A stretch of DNA of 57,755 nt, counting the filler, from Sphacelaria rigidula (Eukaryota): the NCBI GenBank assembly GCA_964200075.2. It is 5 parts of 5 records of this genome, joined end to end, with 100 filler letters (N's around TTAATTAATTAA, not from the genome) between each part and the next. Parts side by side here need not be neighbours in the genome. Positions count along the whole stretch, not along the records: positions 23,145 to 34,615 come from CAXNAA020004887.1; positions 34,716 to 46,186 come from CAXNAA020004888.1; 3 more parts are not named here. One strand, written 5' to 3'. Each line of letters starts with the position of its first letter. The stretch's first letter is position 1. This document shows, piece after piece, positions 25,405 to 37,917 of the stretch. The translations under genes were made by a program, and so were the position numbers. The notes beneath the pieces were generated by a model that was given only the letters and a program-made list of their open reading frames with translations, did no database searches and was not told the origin of the DNA.

Positions 25405-27818
25405 CCCCCGAGATTGTTAGCCCCCGAAACTGTTCCGAGTCGAGGCTCGCAGTCAAAGGGTTAACGATAGTCGTGGTAACGAAGACAGCACGCAAAGTTA
25501 CCATAAAACAAAGACTCGAGTATGACACGACAAACCGCGTACCCTTAGCAGACCAATGGTGGTGGTGAAGAGCTTCTTGAGAGCGTGCGGGTCCAGCGCA
25601 ACGATGCCGTCGCCGGAGTCATGTATATAGGGAGCAGTCAGCACCTCCACTAACTTGGCGCGGTCGAACTTGTCCGCCTCACTTTCCTGTGGGTGCAAAA
25701 GCGTACCAGTCAACACATTCATGGTACTACTGGGGGCAAGCCACGGCTAGACCGGTGGGTTATGTCACTGCATGGTCTGTCCATGCTTCGTCCGCGTCCG
25801 CTCTACGCTCGAATGTACCCGACAAAGGTCAAGGGAAATCGTTCCGAGAAAACATCATCTCCTACCCGGCAGGCTTACAAAGTAAGGACTCATGCGTGTT
25901 CATAACTCAACTAGAGCGTTGAAATCCAGGTGAGAGCACAGACTTATCACATGAGGGAAGGATGGTACAGCAGCCAATCCTTGCTCTTGTGGGATAAGGA
26001 GCAAAGTTTTGTCAGTCGGACCCGCAGGTTTTCGTTTGTAAAAACAACTCATGCTGAATAAATTGCACGTATGCCGTGAAAAAACTCCAACTCTATCAAG
26101 GTCGTTCATCCTCCAGGAGAAACACAACGCAGACATCGGCAATACTGATGGTGAACCCAGTCGGCTAGCAGGGTATCGGGGCTGTTTGTGCCTGACAACT
26201 GGATACACTCCATTACTCGAGCTTTTTGTTACAATGACTCCGGCGAGGATGATTTTATACACCCCCGGCAGTGCGCCGGAGTATGACTACTGCGAGATTG
26301 AGGTTTTGCCGTCATATCTAACCTCACGAGCTGGCGGGAGTGCAGCATCCACTGCGTGAGAACACCAGGCAAGAAGACCCATGGCATAATATTTCCAGCC
26401 TTGGAATTGCAGGAATTGCAAGTCTTTTGCATTCGGAGTGACACTACACCGAAGTATTCACTACAGTTGTGTTGTACTGCACCATACTGAATGTGCGACA
26501 GAAATGAAGAAATCAATGCGGCAATAAGACACAGAAACATTTGGGGTCACACTTGCCTCGATCATGGACGCAAACTCGCTGTCCAGCACCAGCTGCTTCG
26601 CCTTGCGGTCCAATCCGTCGGCCTCTTCCTGGAAGCACAATTTGAAAGCAAACATACGTACAGGATACAAACACAACAACGGCTCAACAATAGGTGAAGC
26701 AAAAGCAGTGGAAGAAGTGGTCAGACTGTCTTGCTATTCCCTACTGTCTCTCGATGTTCGTTGTCTCGCCGTCTCTCCCTTCTCTTCCCCTAGTCCTCCC
26801 ATTGTTTCTCGTCGGTGTGTATTTCGCCTGCTCTGTGCGTCCGCCTGTCCGTCGCCACCCCTTCTCCCCACCTCGCCCTCTTTGCCTTGCTTCCTCTCGA
26901 GTTTATGTTTATATATCTTTGTGCGTCTTACTCCCGATTGCCTCACCATCTCCACATCCCTGTGCCGGCTCACCAGGGTGACGTTGGTCCGTCGTCAACA
27001 TTCGTTTGATTTTGCGGAGTTTTGCTTGTTTGCACGTACACGCATACACACGCGGCGTTATCTCAGAGCCCCATCATGTCGTAGGAAAGTTGCTATCCCA
27101 TGCCACCAAACAGAAGGAGGCTAGTCTGGGGGCGAAAACGGCCTCGACGCAATTCTAGCGGTACTATTATACGGTGATCACGTCTGTGCCTGAGTCCGGC
27201 CGTGGGCAGCGTGTGCTCGTGAGGCCGGGAGTGTTCGTACTATTCTCTTACTGCTGTTGCAGTTGCTCTTCTGAGCAATGTAGGCTAAATTCAAATCGCT
27301 TTCACCCTGTGCGAGCGAGTTCTACGGTAGACTTGTTTTTTTGCAAAGCAATCTTCCCGTGAACGCGTGAGGAGAGTTGATACTTCTGAGACAGCGCGAA
27401 GCCGTTGCTCCGACCCAGCGCCAGCATCTGCGGTGCATCGCAACCAGGAGGGGGGAACAGACGGGGAGTACAACGGTGCGCCGCAACCTGCGGAGCTGTG
27501 ATTTCTATTTGAATTCGAACTACAAATCACCGAAACACAAATAACACAGCATACCTCCTCGTCCATACCCTCGGGGATACTAATTCCCTGGAGGCTTCTC
27601 TCCGGAGATTTCCTACTGCTAGCCTTGCCTCTTCCGCTACTGCTGCTCCGGCTCCCGCCGAGGCCAGTGCCCAACCTCCCAACACCGCTAGCGCTCGCCG
27701 AGCCTCCAGATCTCCTCCTTGCAGCAGACGACGCTGACGGAAATCCATCGCTGATTGGGACACGAAATGAGCTAGCACTGGGGCTCCCTCGAGCGCTCCC
27801 TTGAGATGCCCGGCTCAT
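23465..27818 (-). CDS. Putative multi-exon gene of unknown function; candidate exons ~27818-27555, ~27487-27306, ~26630-26558, ~25687-25543, ~23992-23882, ~23580-23466
   Basis: ATG at 27818 with a GTATG donor after MDEE. Several open AG/GT- or AG/GC-bounded coding-like blocks (EEADGLDRKAKQLVLDSEFASMIE; ESEADKFDRAKLVEVLTAPYIHD; DMGIQGEKNKLEMAG). Phases not fully resolved. Confidence 0.45.
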
Positions 27819-28181
27819 GCTTGTCGTTCCTGGAACTCAGGCCGGCCGGCGCGCCGGTGGCTGCGTATTGCACCGCTGTCTGTAAACTGTTCCGATATGT
27901 TATGCTTTCGCCCGGAATTGGTTTGCTCGGACCCGTGAAGCCCTAAACTTGGAGTATGACGATAGATTAGCGGTAATATTAGTGCCGTATGAGAGGGGTT
28001 TGGCCCGCTCTCCTTGACAGCGTTTCACGTTGTTCATTCGGGAGGGGCTGAGAGCTCTTCTCTATATCGGTTGCCGCCAGGTCTTCAACAAGAGATAGCA
28101 TCAAGACTTTTTTTATACCCGTTTTCATTTGTTGTACATGTTGATGCTTCATATTCGTGCTCACTTTTTTAGTCAGGCATC

Positions 28182-30065
28182 ATGTCTATCCAGCTCGACG
28201 GGCACCTGACCTATCATCACCCAGCCGCCACCGCCGCCTCTGGCGGAACTCAACCACTTGCCACAGCCAGGGTGTCGACGCCGACAGCACCAAGAGGTCG
28301 ACCAAGATCAGCTGCTAAGGAAAAGGTGAATGGGCCTGCCATCTGCTGGAATGGCAGCTGGCACTACTCGCAGCGGCAATCAAGGGGCAGCAACGCCTCG
28401 TGCAGTTTCAAATATTTCTTCGTAGGTCCAGAGGTGGAGGTAGAGGCAGGCAAGCCGGTGGCGGGGTTGGCTGCGGCTGGCTCGCCCATAGTAGATGGAG
28501 TGGGCGGTATAGGTGGTAATAGCGTTAGTGCTAGCGCTAGTGTTGGTGCTGGTAGCAAGCAAGAAGAGCCTGGGAAGAAGACGAGGCAAGCAGGAGCACA
28601 GCACAGCGGCGCCGAGGTTTCGGAGCAGAGTGGGGTAGCCGCTGCCGATAGCAGTAATCAGGAAGGGGAGAGGAGGCAACCGGCGTTCGGGAGCCAACAA
28701 GGCATCACTGCCACAGTCGTGACACCCACTTCCGCGGCCGCACCTACGACTGGTGGTCAGGCACAATATGCTAATATATCATCGGCAGCGGCGGCAACCG
28801 CAAGCGCCGCTGGAGAAATCATGAGCAAGAACCCAACCAAGAACCCAGCTGCCGGGGCCGGCACCAAGAAAGTTATTCCCCTTACGCCGGAGCAGCTGAC
28901 ACTCTATGGGCCAGGCGGCGACGGCAGACTTCCCTCTGGTAAGTGGTCGGGACATTTTTCTGTGAAAGCCCGAGGCCAGGACTTCCTCGTTAACGAAGCT
29001 TTCGTGCTTGAGTTCGGATCTGGGAAATCGTCGCCGAGGTCGCAGAGCCCCACTCCTCCCGAAGTCCCGGCAGCCCCAGCGGGCGCAGCGACCGCGGCCA
29101 GGGTTATCCCATCGCCATCCCCGCCCGTATCCAGTGAAGCTACCGCACAAATGCGCCCCCCCCCGGCCGAACAGAAAGCAGAGGGAGCTACTGGAACGCA
29201 AACGGTGGCGGCCGCGGCCGCATCCCATTCCGCGACCAGTAAAGCAGTAGCGGCGGCGGTGTCGGCGCCTGCTGTCCCACCCGTGGTTAGGGTGAGTGGC
29301 TGGGGAGAAAATCGATACGGCGTGTTCACCCTCACGGGCGGGCACGAGCGAGCCACCGGGCGGCTTGACCTCACGAGGTTCTACTACGATAAGCCCAAAT
29401 CTTCCGGCGCCGGCGCGGGAACCGGCGTCTCCCACCAGAAGAAGCGACGACCGCTTCCGCTGGGAGCCCCGCCGCCGCCGGATCCGGGTCCATCTCTTGC
29501 AGAGCGGAGAACAAAGCGCATCCGACATCCAGCTCAACGCCTCCTCGACGATGAGCCTATGTCTCTCAGCCACCATGCGGAGACAAGCGGCAGCATTACC
29601 AAGCGGAAGAGCGAGGCCTTCGCCGCCGCCACCGCGGCCGCCGCTGAAACCGCCACCGGGGGGCCTGCAGGGTCGCCCGCCGCGGACGGTAGTGCTAGCA
29701 GCACCACAAATGGTGCAGGGGGTGCGGGGGGAACGCCGGAAGCCGCCGGAGGCAAAAGCAGCGAAACACCCCGGCGGGGCTCTGGATCCAAGCAACGAAA
29801 ACCGCGGGACAGGGAGCGCGACCTGCTGATGGAACAGAACAGGCGGGCGAGGCGGAAAGCGCAGCAGAGCGAAGCGTTTTCGGGAGGCAGCGGGACTGGA
29901 GCCGGAGCGGGGGCGGTGGGAGGAATGGGTTCCTCATTCTTTGTTGCTGAAGACGCTGCCGTGGCGGAGCTCGCGCACAGGGCACGGGTGGGCAGGGAAG
30001 CGCTCGCTGGGGCCGACCTGTCCGCGCTGATCGGGACGGACGCGGAGAAGGATCTAGTGTTGAAG
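28182..30065 (+). CDS. Large first coding exon of an uncharacterised, probably nuclear protein; globular beta-rich segments embedded in Ala/Pro/Gly-rich linkers
   Basis: The 643-aa ORF has a GTGAG donor at 30066. Conserved-looking blocks ICWNGSWHY, SGKWSGHFSVK and VSGWGENRYGVFTLTG..LDLTRFY, plus basic NLS-like KKRR. I recall similar blocks in stramenopile bromodomain-type proteins (unverified). Confidence 0.7.
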
Positions 30066-30439
30066 GTGAGCTCAGAGTTGGATGCGCGTGCGCGTATGTA
30101 TTGCTCTCTATAAAAAATGATGGTGTAGGTATGTTTGATGCTTTACAAGGTGTGGAATGTGTCTGCTCTGTACATAGATCGTGCAGTCTATCGAAATCGC
30201 CAGCTGAAATGCTGACGTATTTTTTGTGTGTGTTTCTGAAGTGATGAATCAAGGAGCCTCCATGTTTTATGTGTGATGTAGTTTTGGTTTGCCTCTGATG
30301 CACAGATAAGTTTGCAAAGAAGAGAATGCTCGGTGATTCCGGTGCGTCGCCCAGCGATAAGCTGCTTGCTCCAAAATCCGCCTTCGCCTTGAAAGCACGC
30401 GTCTGGACGACAGACATGGCTCGGCCGCACTGATTCTTC

Positions 30440-32233
30440 CAAGGTTGTGTTCTGTAAGGTATGAGTACGTTCTGGAGGGTATGAGATTACTTACAGAACT
30501 TACAGAACTGTCGGGTTACCGGTATGAAAGTCTTACAGAGTTTACAGAACTGTCGGGTACCGGTATGAAAGTCTCACAGAAATTACAGAACTTGTCGTGT
30601 ACGGTATGGGAGGCTTACGGAAAACCGGTACCAGCAATTGGGTAACTCTTCTAGGGCATACCCGCTACCCAGGTTAGGGTAAAGTTTTTGCACAGAACTC
30701 ACAGAGCTGTCGGGTAAGGGTGTGCGAGGCTTACAGAACACACATGAACTGTCGGGTAGGGTATGGAGGTTGCACAGAAAACGTACCCCCGCAACCGGGT
30801 ATCTCATCAAGAGCATACCCGTGCTCCCCGGTAACGGTACGGGAGGCTTACAAAACTCACAGAACTATCGGGTACGAGTATGAAGGTCTTCCAGAGATTA
30901 CAGAACTGTCGGGTACCGGTATGGAAATCTTACAGAGTGTACAGAACTGTCGGGTACGGCAAATACCCGGCAAAATACCCCGGGTATACAGAAAACCGTG
31001 ACCTACACAACACAACTTTGGTATTATCATCACCCCTGTGGTAGGACCTACGTCACTACAACAGTGGCGGAATACAGATGACAGTTCACCGAAACTCTGA
31101 ACGGCTTTCACGGGGTTGATACAGGAAGACTATACACGAACAATCGCAGTAGTACATGGATCAACATTTATCGACTTTACGTACACTCCCAGAGAGTACA
31201 TGAAGAAGCATTCACGGCTGCTCGTTCTCTGGAAGCCCTTCGGCATGCGACAGAATCGCCGATGGCCTTGACGACTTTCAGTGGCAGCTCATATACTCTG
31301 TGCTGTACAGGTCGATAACAGCCTGGGGTTTGATGACCACGAGACAACCACCATCAACGTCGATGACGTGCCTCTTGCTACGTGATCCTCTGGTGGTGTA
31401 GATTAATCACCCCCGCTCGAGCCACCACTCGCGAGTCTGGGGGTGGTCCATCCTGACAGTCTGCAGGGCTGATCATGTTTCGTGTTTCCACTCAGCGGTA
31501 CCTCGTATCCTGTCAGATCCCAAACTGAAGAACTCTTCAACATTGAATTATTGTTGTTGCGCATTTTTGAATGAAGGAGTTGGGTGGGTTGTTCGATGGG
31601 AACAGGTAGATGTTCAGGTCATGATGTTGTGTTTGAATTGAACCTATATCCGTACCTCCCCAAGGTATATACCTGCGGTCATACCTGCAATCGGGTTTAT
31701 CTGTAACGGTATACCCTAACCCCGGGTAGGGGTATGGGAGGCTTACAGAGCTCACAGAACTGTCGGGTACCGGTACTGGATGAAAGTCTCACAGAAATTA
31801 CAGAACTTGTCGGGTACGGTATAGGAGGCTTACAGAAAACAGGTACCGGCAATTGGGTATTTCTTCAAGAGCATACCCGCGCTCCGGGTACGGGTAAACA
31901 TTCTGTACAGAACTCACAGAACTGTCGGGTAAGGGTATGGGAGGCTTGAAGAACTCACAGAAACTGTCGGGTAGGGTATGGAGGTTGCACGGAAAACCGT
32001 ACCCGTAATCAGGTATCTTATCAAGAGCGTACCCGTGCCCCCGGTAACGGCACGGGAGCCTAACAGAGATTACAGAACTATCGGGTAAGGGTATGAAAGT
32101 CTTCCCGATATTACAGAACTGTCGGGTACCGGTATAAAAGTCTTACAGAAGTCACAGAACTGTCGGGTACGGTAAATACCCGGCAATATACCCCGGGTAT
32201 ACAGAAACCCGTACCCTACAGAACACGACCTTG
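30440..32233. mobile_element. Composite non-autonomous hAT-type element: two direct MITE units (30440-31020, ~31661-32233) plus internal cargo, with 8-bp TSD GATTCTTC
   Basis: TIRs CAAGGTTGTGTTCTGTA and TACAGAACACGACCTTG fit the hAT YARNG start. GATTCTTC lies at 30432-30439 and 32234-32241. Both units are arrays of ACAGAACTGTCGGGTA motifs. Confidence 0.85.
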
Positions 32234-33304
32234 GATTCTTCTGGCCTACAGGCTGGTTTTGGACTGAACGCCCGAAACATTTCCCCCCGAAATTTATCAC
32301 GCGCGTTTTCAGAGCTGGACTTTGAAATTTCTGCGCACGTAAACTACTGGATATTATGAAGCTTTCCGTGACCGTGTTTTTCTTTGTTTCGCCATATCTG
32401 GAGTCCCGTGAGTGCTGCGGGGCCCGGGGGCTATATCGGCTCATATGGTCTCATGAGATTCCGGATATTTGGCGAAAGAAAATACAAATGAAGAACATTC
32501 ATAGAAAGTTTCGCAATATCCCGTAGTACACGTATGCAAAAATTCAGGGTCAAACTCCGAGAACCCGCGTGAGATATGGGCCTTATGTGGGGTCAAGTGT
32601 GACATAATCTGCTGAATCCCACAAGTACTTGACTTCAGTATTTAACCGCCTTTTTTCTTGTGCGTTCAAGCTTGCGCGGACCGTTTGGTATCAGTTTTTC
32701 GAGTTACGCAGCGACGCTTGTACAAGTGTTGCTTGGACTACTTCGAGACGAGTATAATTTGCAGTTTTTTTTTAAGGCATGCTGTACCGGCTTGTGGGGG
32801 TCTTCACGCCGGGACCCCCGGAAGTCGGTAGAGAGCGAGTACACTCTGAAGTATTCTTCACCGATTTTCTCCCCATTTGGAGCACCCATATACGTACCAA
32901 ACTGCCGAATTTGAGGATGATTCGAGCTTTTTCACCACAGATATATAAGGGAAACCGTCAAGAGGCTGTGTGGGTCTTCGATGCACATCATCATTGGAAA
33001 TCCGACGACACAAAACCCCCATGTCACCAAAATACCACGGGTCAGGGTAAAACTCGATCCCGTACAAGCTATTTTCAAATCTGTAATTGGCGGTGGATTT
33101 CCTGGCTGATGGTCGTTACGAAGGTTTAATTCATCATGTTGTTGGGTAGACATGGTGTCGGGAGTCCGGATTTTTGGTTTCAGAACAAATTGAAGGCCCC
33201 CTAATTGGCCACTGCGAGTACTGTAGATGCAATTTAAAAAACAGGAAGAAGCTACTGACATATGACATGATATTTACTCTGGGGCAAATGTATATTTCTC
33301 ACAT

Positions 33305-33557
33305 CATGCATAACAGTGGAAAGCGACCACGCCGTTGGTACACAAAAGTTCGACTTCACGGTCGACGAGGGAAAGGGACCGCTGAACCCCTCTCGCGATC
33401 AAAAAGGAAGGCAGGCGCCTCAAAGGCTGAGGGTTGAAACAAGATGAAAAAAAACTCCCGTGTTGACCTTCCTCCTGTGCAACCCCAGCTGATGCGCCCA
33501 CATATACCGAAAGGTGTAGATCGGCGTCCAGAATAGATAGCATGACAACTCACACAC
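33305..33557 (+). mobile_element. SINE copy lacking the tRNA head
   Basis: Same body, the ATACC-GAAA-GGTGT hairpin and a (CA) tail. Confidence 0.8.
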
Positions 33558-34389
33558 AAATATATGAGCGTTGTAGTTGCAGCGCCCGTGTCATCCTTCT
33601 CCGTAGGTTACGAATCCAGCAGATGGTGTAGGGGCGAGGGAGGCAGTGGTTGTATTAGATGTCAAGGCAGGTTCTCATACAACAAGAGAAATGGTACACT
33701 CTAGGACAGCAAATATTGTTTAATTGTTTTTTTTCTGACCTTCGGTTTCTTCGATGTCGCGCTGTTTCATCATGAGTTGTGTTCCTCCTTACCTTGGAAG
33801 TGGTCCAGGAGCGATCGGAGGCAGCGTGGGAGTAAGTCATAGTTGATTGGACTTGAGTCCTTCGGGGGAGTCGAGTGACCAAGAAGCGTTTCGAAAGAGA
33901 ACAACCAACGAGCACCGGCTGCAACTAAAAGCTTTCTGCCGTCGCCTCTCTAGAATAGCCTCGTGCTCCCGCCTGTCTGTTACTCAACGCTATTCGTCTA
34001 GGTCAATAAGTGTTCCCGTAAATTTGTCACCGGTCCCATCATGCGCAAGGGTTCGGGGTGAATGCGATATTCAATCACAGACAAAACCGGAGCAATGGAA
34101 TATTCCCCCGGCGCAGTCTTCAGCCATTTTCGCTCTTGCAGCGCATAGCGGGTGTTGATACCGGATCGTGATCTCTTTACAAAATCAGGTCATATTATTG
34201 TACTTGTTGCTAAGAAAAAAAAGGACGAACCTGTGGGTGTGATGACAGGAAGCCGGGACTGACGAGTGAGATATGATGCTCTCGTATTATATCTGATCGT
34301 AGTATCTACATGAAATAATCAAGCCTTACTTATTATTCTGCTTGTCGACGGAAGTCGAAACAAAAACATGAGTGGGCTCATTGGCAGTG

Positions 34390-34615
34390 CCCCCCCCCCC
34401 CTACTCCATATGCAAGATAATCAGTATGCTTCGGGCCGAACATTCGCAGGATGCAGCTCACCCTTCATGCGACTTGCCGAACATCTGACGGCGCTTTGCG
34501 CTTGATGACTGCGAGCTTGGTCCGGCGACAACACGGTGTGCTCCGTCCTGGCTTTGTGGGGATGCGAGGTCAATGATCATATGACTACGGCATGCAAGAT
34601 CATGAGTACCCCCCC
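34390..34615 (+). repeat. Longest copy of the poly-C-linked repeat, bracketed by poly-C on both sides
   Basis: Joins the part seen at rc(23145-23300) to the core seen at 1-60. Confidence 0.85.
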
Positions 34616-34715
34616 NNNNNNNNNNNNNNNNNNNNNNNNNNNNNNNNNNNNNNNNNNNNTTAATTAATTAANNNNNNNNNNNNNNNNNNNNNNNNNNNNN
34701 NNNNNNNNNNNNNNN
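34616..34715. other. Artificial contig linker
   Basis: N44-TTAATTAATTAA-N44. Confidence 0.98.
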
Positions 34716-35374
34716 AGGGCTCGTACAAACATAACGATACAGACTTGTGGGACAGAGGAAGTATGACTATGGCATGTAAGGTCACGAGTACCCCCGCCCC
34801 CGCCCCCCCCAAGTGAAAGGGGCGAAAAAAACTGCGACGCAGAAATGGCCTTACAGCGCATGGAGATGGCGGCTGGTTTCAGAAACCAGGTCTCAGAATT
34901 AGTTACGGAGGGTGCTGATAGGTGGGTTAAGAAACCATGTCTTGCAATTCATTTTGAAAAATTCAGGTATAAACTCTAGTTGATAGTAGAAACAAGGTCT
35001 TGAAACTTGTTTTGAACGCAGATATAGCTGGGTTCAGAAACCAGGTGTCAACACCTCACATGTAAATTCTGCCTCGGCACCCACCACGCTTCTCTTGGAG
35101 GGTTATCGTTGGATGAAATAAAGCACTTTGCATATACATTACTAGCACACGATTATGCTTCACATCGACAATTGTCACAGGCAACTGTTTCACGAGGGAA
35201 GTCGACCTCTCGGGCGACTGATGCGTACACAATAAATGTCCTTGCTGCAAGAATTTGGCAATGAGATCTCAAGGAATCACTCGCGATTGCTCTCTATTTT
35301 TTTATTACTTTTACGCGAAGTACTGCTAGCCCCCTACTCCTTCCGTTTTACGCTTCTGGTGGAAACAAACTCAC

Positions 35375-37714
35375 CTTGTACAGGATCTTCGTGGCTTCCG
35401 TGTAAGCCTCCAGGCGATCGTCTGCCTGGCAAACGGCTCCGCCGATGCACAGGGCCTTGAACATGTGAAACAAGAGCTCTCGCTTTTGCTCCATCGAGAA
35501 AACCAAGTCGGCGTTTTCGGGCTCTGGGTTGACGAGAAGCTCCCGAAGCTTGTCCGAGACGGTTACACCGTCGAAGACTTCGTCGTAGCAACCGCGGATT
35601 CTACCTGACGGACCCACGATACCTGTGGGTTGTTGGTGATTGTTTACCGGGGTACATGTTGTTTTGTTCATACTCTAGACAGGATGGCAGCGATGATGGT
35701 GTTACGTGCAAAAAATCACACGAGACTAGTTTGTTTGAGAGAACCACAGAACCACCAACCGTGTCGTCACATTACATTATTCAAGGTCCCCTTAGTGATG
35801 CCGCGATAGTCCATCCCCCCAAACCAGCCCCGAATCTGCCACGAAGAAAATTGCCATACAGTGAGTGCATCATAGCTGGTTTCGGACTGTGTGGAGCGCG
35901 TCACACGGGCCGCATTTGGCGAAAAAGATCCCAAGCGCGGGGGTTCCTTGCTTCTTGGTGTGCTCGACTTTCGTCATTTTTTTTCACATGGAGATTCTGC
36001 GTCCTCAAACCAACCACTTCTCTGGGCGGTGCTATCGCGGCATCAGTCGTTACGTGCGTAGCAGTATGATGCACTTATTCTTCACCATGGAGTTCGACGT
36101 ATTCAGGACGCTCGAACGACAGGTCAATGCTGTAGCGGGACGTGAAATGAATTCAAGTAGCTCTAGCTTGTGTTGCATTTCACATGCACTCTCTCCTTCT
36201 TCAAGTGCGTAACCGCTGGAAGCTCCTCAAGTACGTTCGGCCTAGGATTCCTCGCCCATGGCAGCCAGATCTACGACGCAAAGTGTTGCAAAAGTGCCTG
36301 ACCAACCTTTTTCGCAGAGGCAGTCGAAGAATTCCATTGAAACCGCGGTGCAGCTCAGGGCTTCCCATTGTACACTCTCGATTCTGGCATTACGTTGCAC
36401 CTACCGACACGATTACAAACATTCGGCGGCGCCGGACTTGAGTGACGTATGGTGCGCTAGTACGAGGCAGGCTTTACTCAAAGCTGTTCTGCCATGATGA
36501 ACTGCCACAACATTAGCCATTAGTCGGATATAGAGTATAGATAAACCGAAAGTTTCGTGTTTAATGTCTCAAACCTCAACGTTCGGCGCAGGCACTGCCG
36601 CTAATTTTCCGGGGAGCTTGCGAGCAATTGCGTGTTTGTGCTTCACCTACGACTTTAGTGCAACCAACAGCAGCCGCAGGTAGCTCCCGGCGTTTCTAAC
36701 CCCTTGCTACTCCACCTGGCCTTCTCAATACCCAGTGTGCACAAGCGAACACCGACTGAGAGGGGAACACCTCGCTAGCTTTGGTACAACTGCGCAACAG
36801 GTACCCCACAGGTCGGTCCCTGTCCTCTCCCGCGTTGGACTTATGCTAGGCAGGAGTTGACCCGGGGTTGACTGGGAATAATCCGTGTGTCTACTTATAA
36901 CTCGTCAACACTGGATCCGAGGATGCTGCCACCTTATTCTGCAGCGTTTCTTGTTCGACGAAGGTCAGAAGCTGGCGGATGAAGCTGGTCTCCTCGTGCG
37001 GCATTAAGGCGGGAGCGAACAGCGTCTGTGCCACCGAAAATTTCTCCGACATTCCCCTTTTGCACGCCGTGACGATCAATCACATGAGAGGGTGTGGACA
37101 ACACAGATCGCCGTAAAGCCTTGAAGAATTGAGTGATCGACCAAAACGATGATACTCTGAAGTTCGATTTCGCAACATTCTCTCCAACTCAGACGCTGAC
37201 GGTTCGGAGCATTTTTTCTATTACTCGGGCGAAGGCAATGCTCCACGCACTTATGGAACGACATCGAGTAATAGAAAAAATATTCAGTACATGCGCACTC
37301 CACGCACGAATGGAACACCATCGAGATGGGGTCGGACGAAAAGGGGCTCAAGGGTTGCCTCCGCCGCAAACGATTGTATATTTCTCTCCTTCATTTCGAC
37401 CTCTTCCCCTTGCGATCATAAAGAGTATCGTATCATGCGTATCATGCGTATATATGTATTGTTCCCACGAAAAGTCGAAAAGTCGATATTGCAGATGTTC
37501 ACCACTTGAGCAGATTTTCCCGGAGTCCCTTATCGTCGTTCAAACAAGGAGCCTCTCCCGTTGACTTGAAGGAATAGTAGGCGCGTGCCGGAGCCCCGTC
37601 GTCACCGCCAATAATTTCTTCTTGATTCGGCACCAAATCCTTCACCAAGGTATTATCATCACCACTGCTAACCGGAAGAAGATGTTCTCGACGCTGGATA
37701 CCTTGGTTGTCCAT
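35375..37714 (-). CDS. CFAP300: Cilia- and flagella-associated protein 300 (C11orf70 family); exons 37714-37503, 37056-36933, 36400-36307, 35622-35375; last exon not resolved
   Basis: Phase-consistent splicing gives YSFK..RENLLKW|GMSEKF..|..LSCTAVSMEFFDCLCEKG|IVGPSGRIRGCYDEVFDGVTVSDKLRELLVNPEPENADLVFSMEQKRELLFHMFKALCIGGAVCQADDRLEAYTEATKILYK, which matches the CFAP300 signature LFxxFKHLxLGGxLCQYED. Confidence 0.88.
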
Positions 37715-37917
37715 CTTATCCTTGTTGGCGGAGTTTCCTGTCCCTTGCGTGTTGCACCGAAACGCACACTGTGCTGCTTCTAAACAGAAGAAGACAGCAC
37801 GTACTGTAATGTAAGAGCAAAAATAATCGGCTTCTGGTTGCGTCAAAGTTGTCTGGCGGCGGAAATTGGTGACCTACCAGCGACGCCGGTGCTAGGCGTC
37901 GCCACCTTTACCTCTCT

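Noticed and set aside
25119-25568. Poly-proline (extensin/formin-like) ORF; likewise the poly-Pro part of 55316-55972
   Set aside because: Produced by poly-C tracts around an N gap; likely sequencing or assembly noise.
35056-35250. Last CFAP300 exon (..IVDVKHNRVLVMY..)
   Set aside because: Only a faint resemblance to the expected C-terminus, and the intervening conserved segment is missing. The true exon is probably off the contig.
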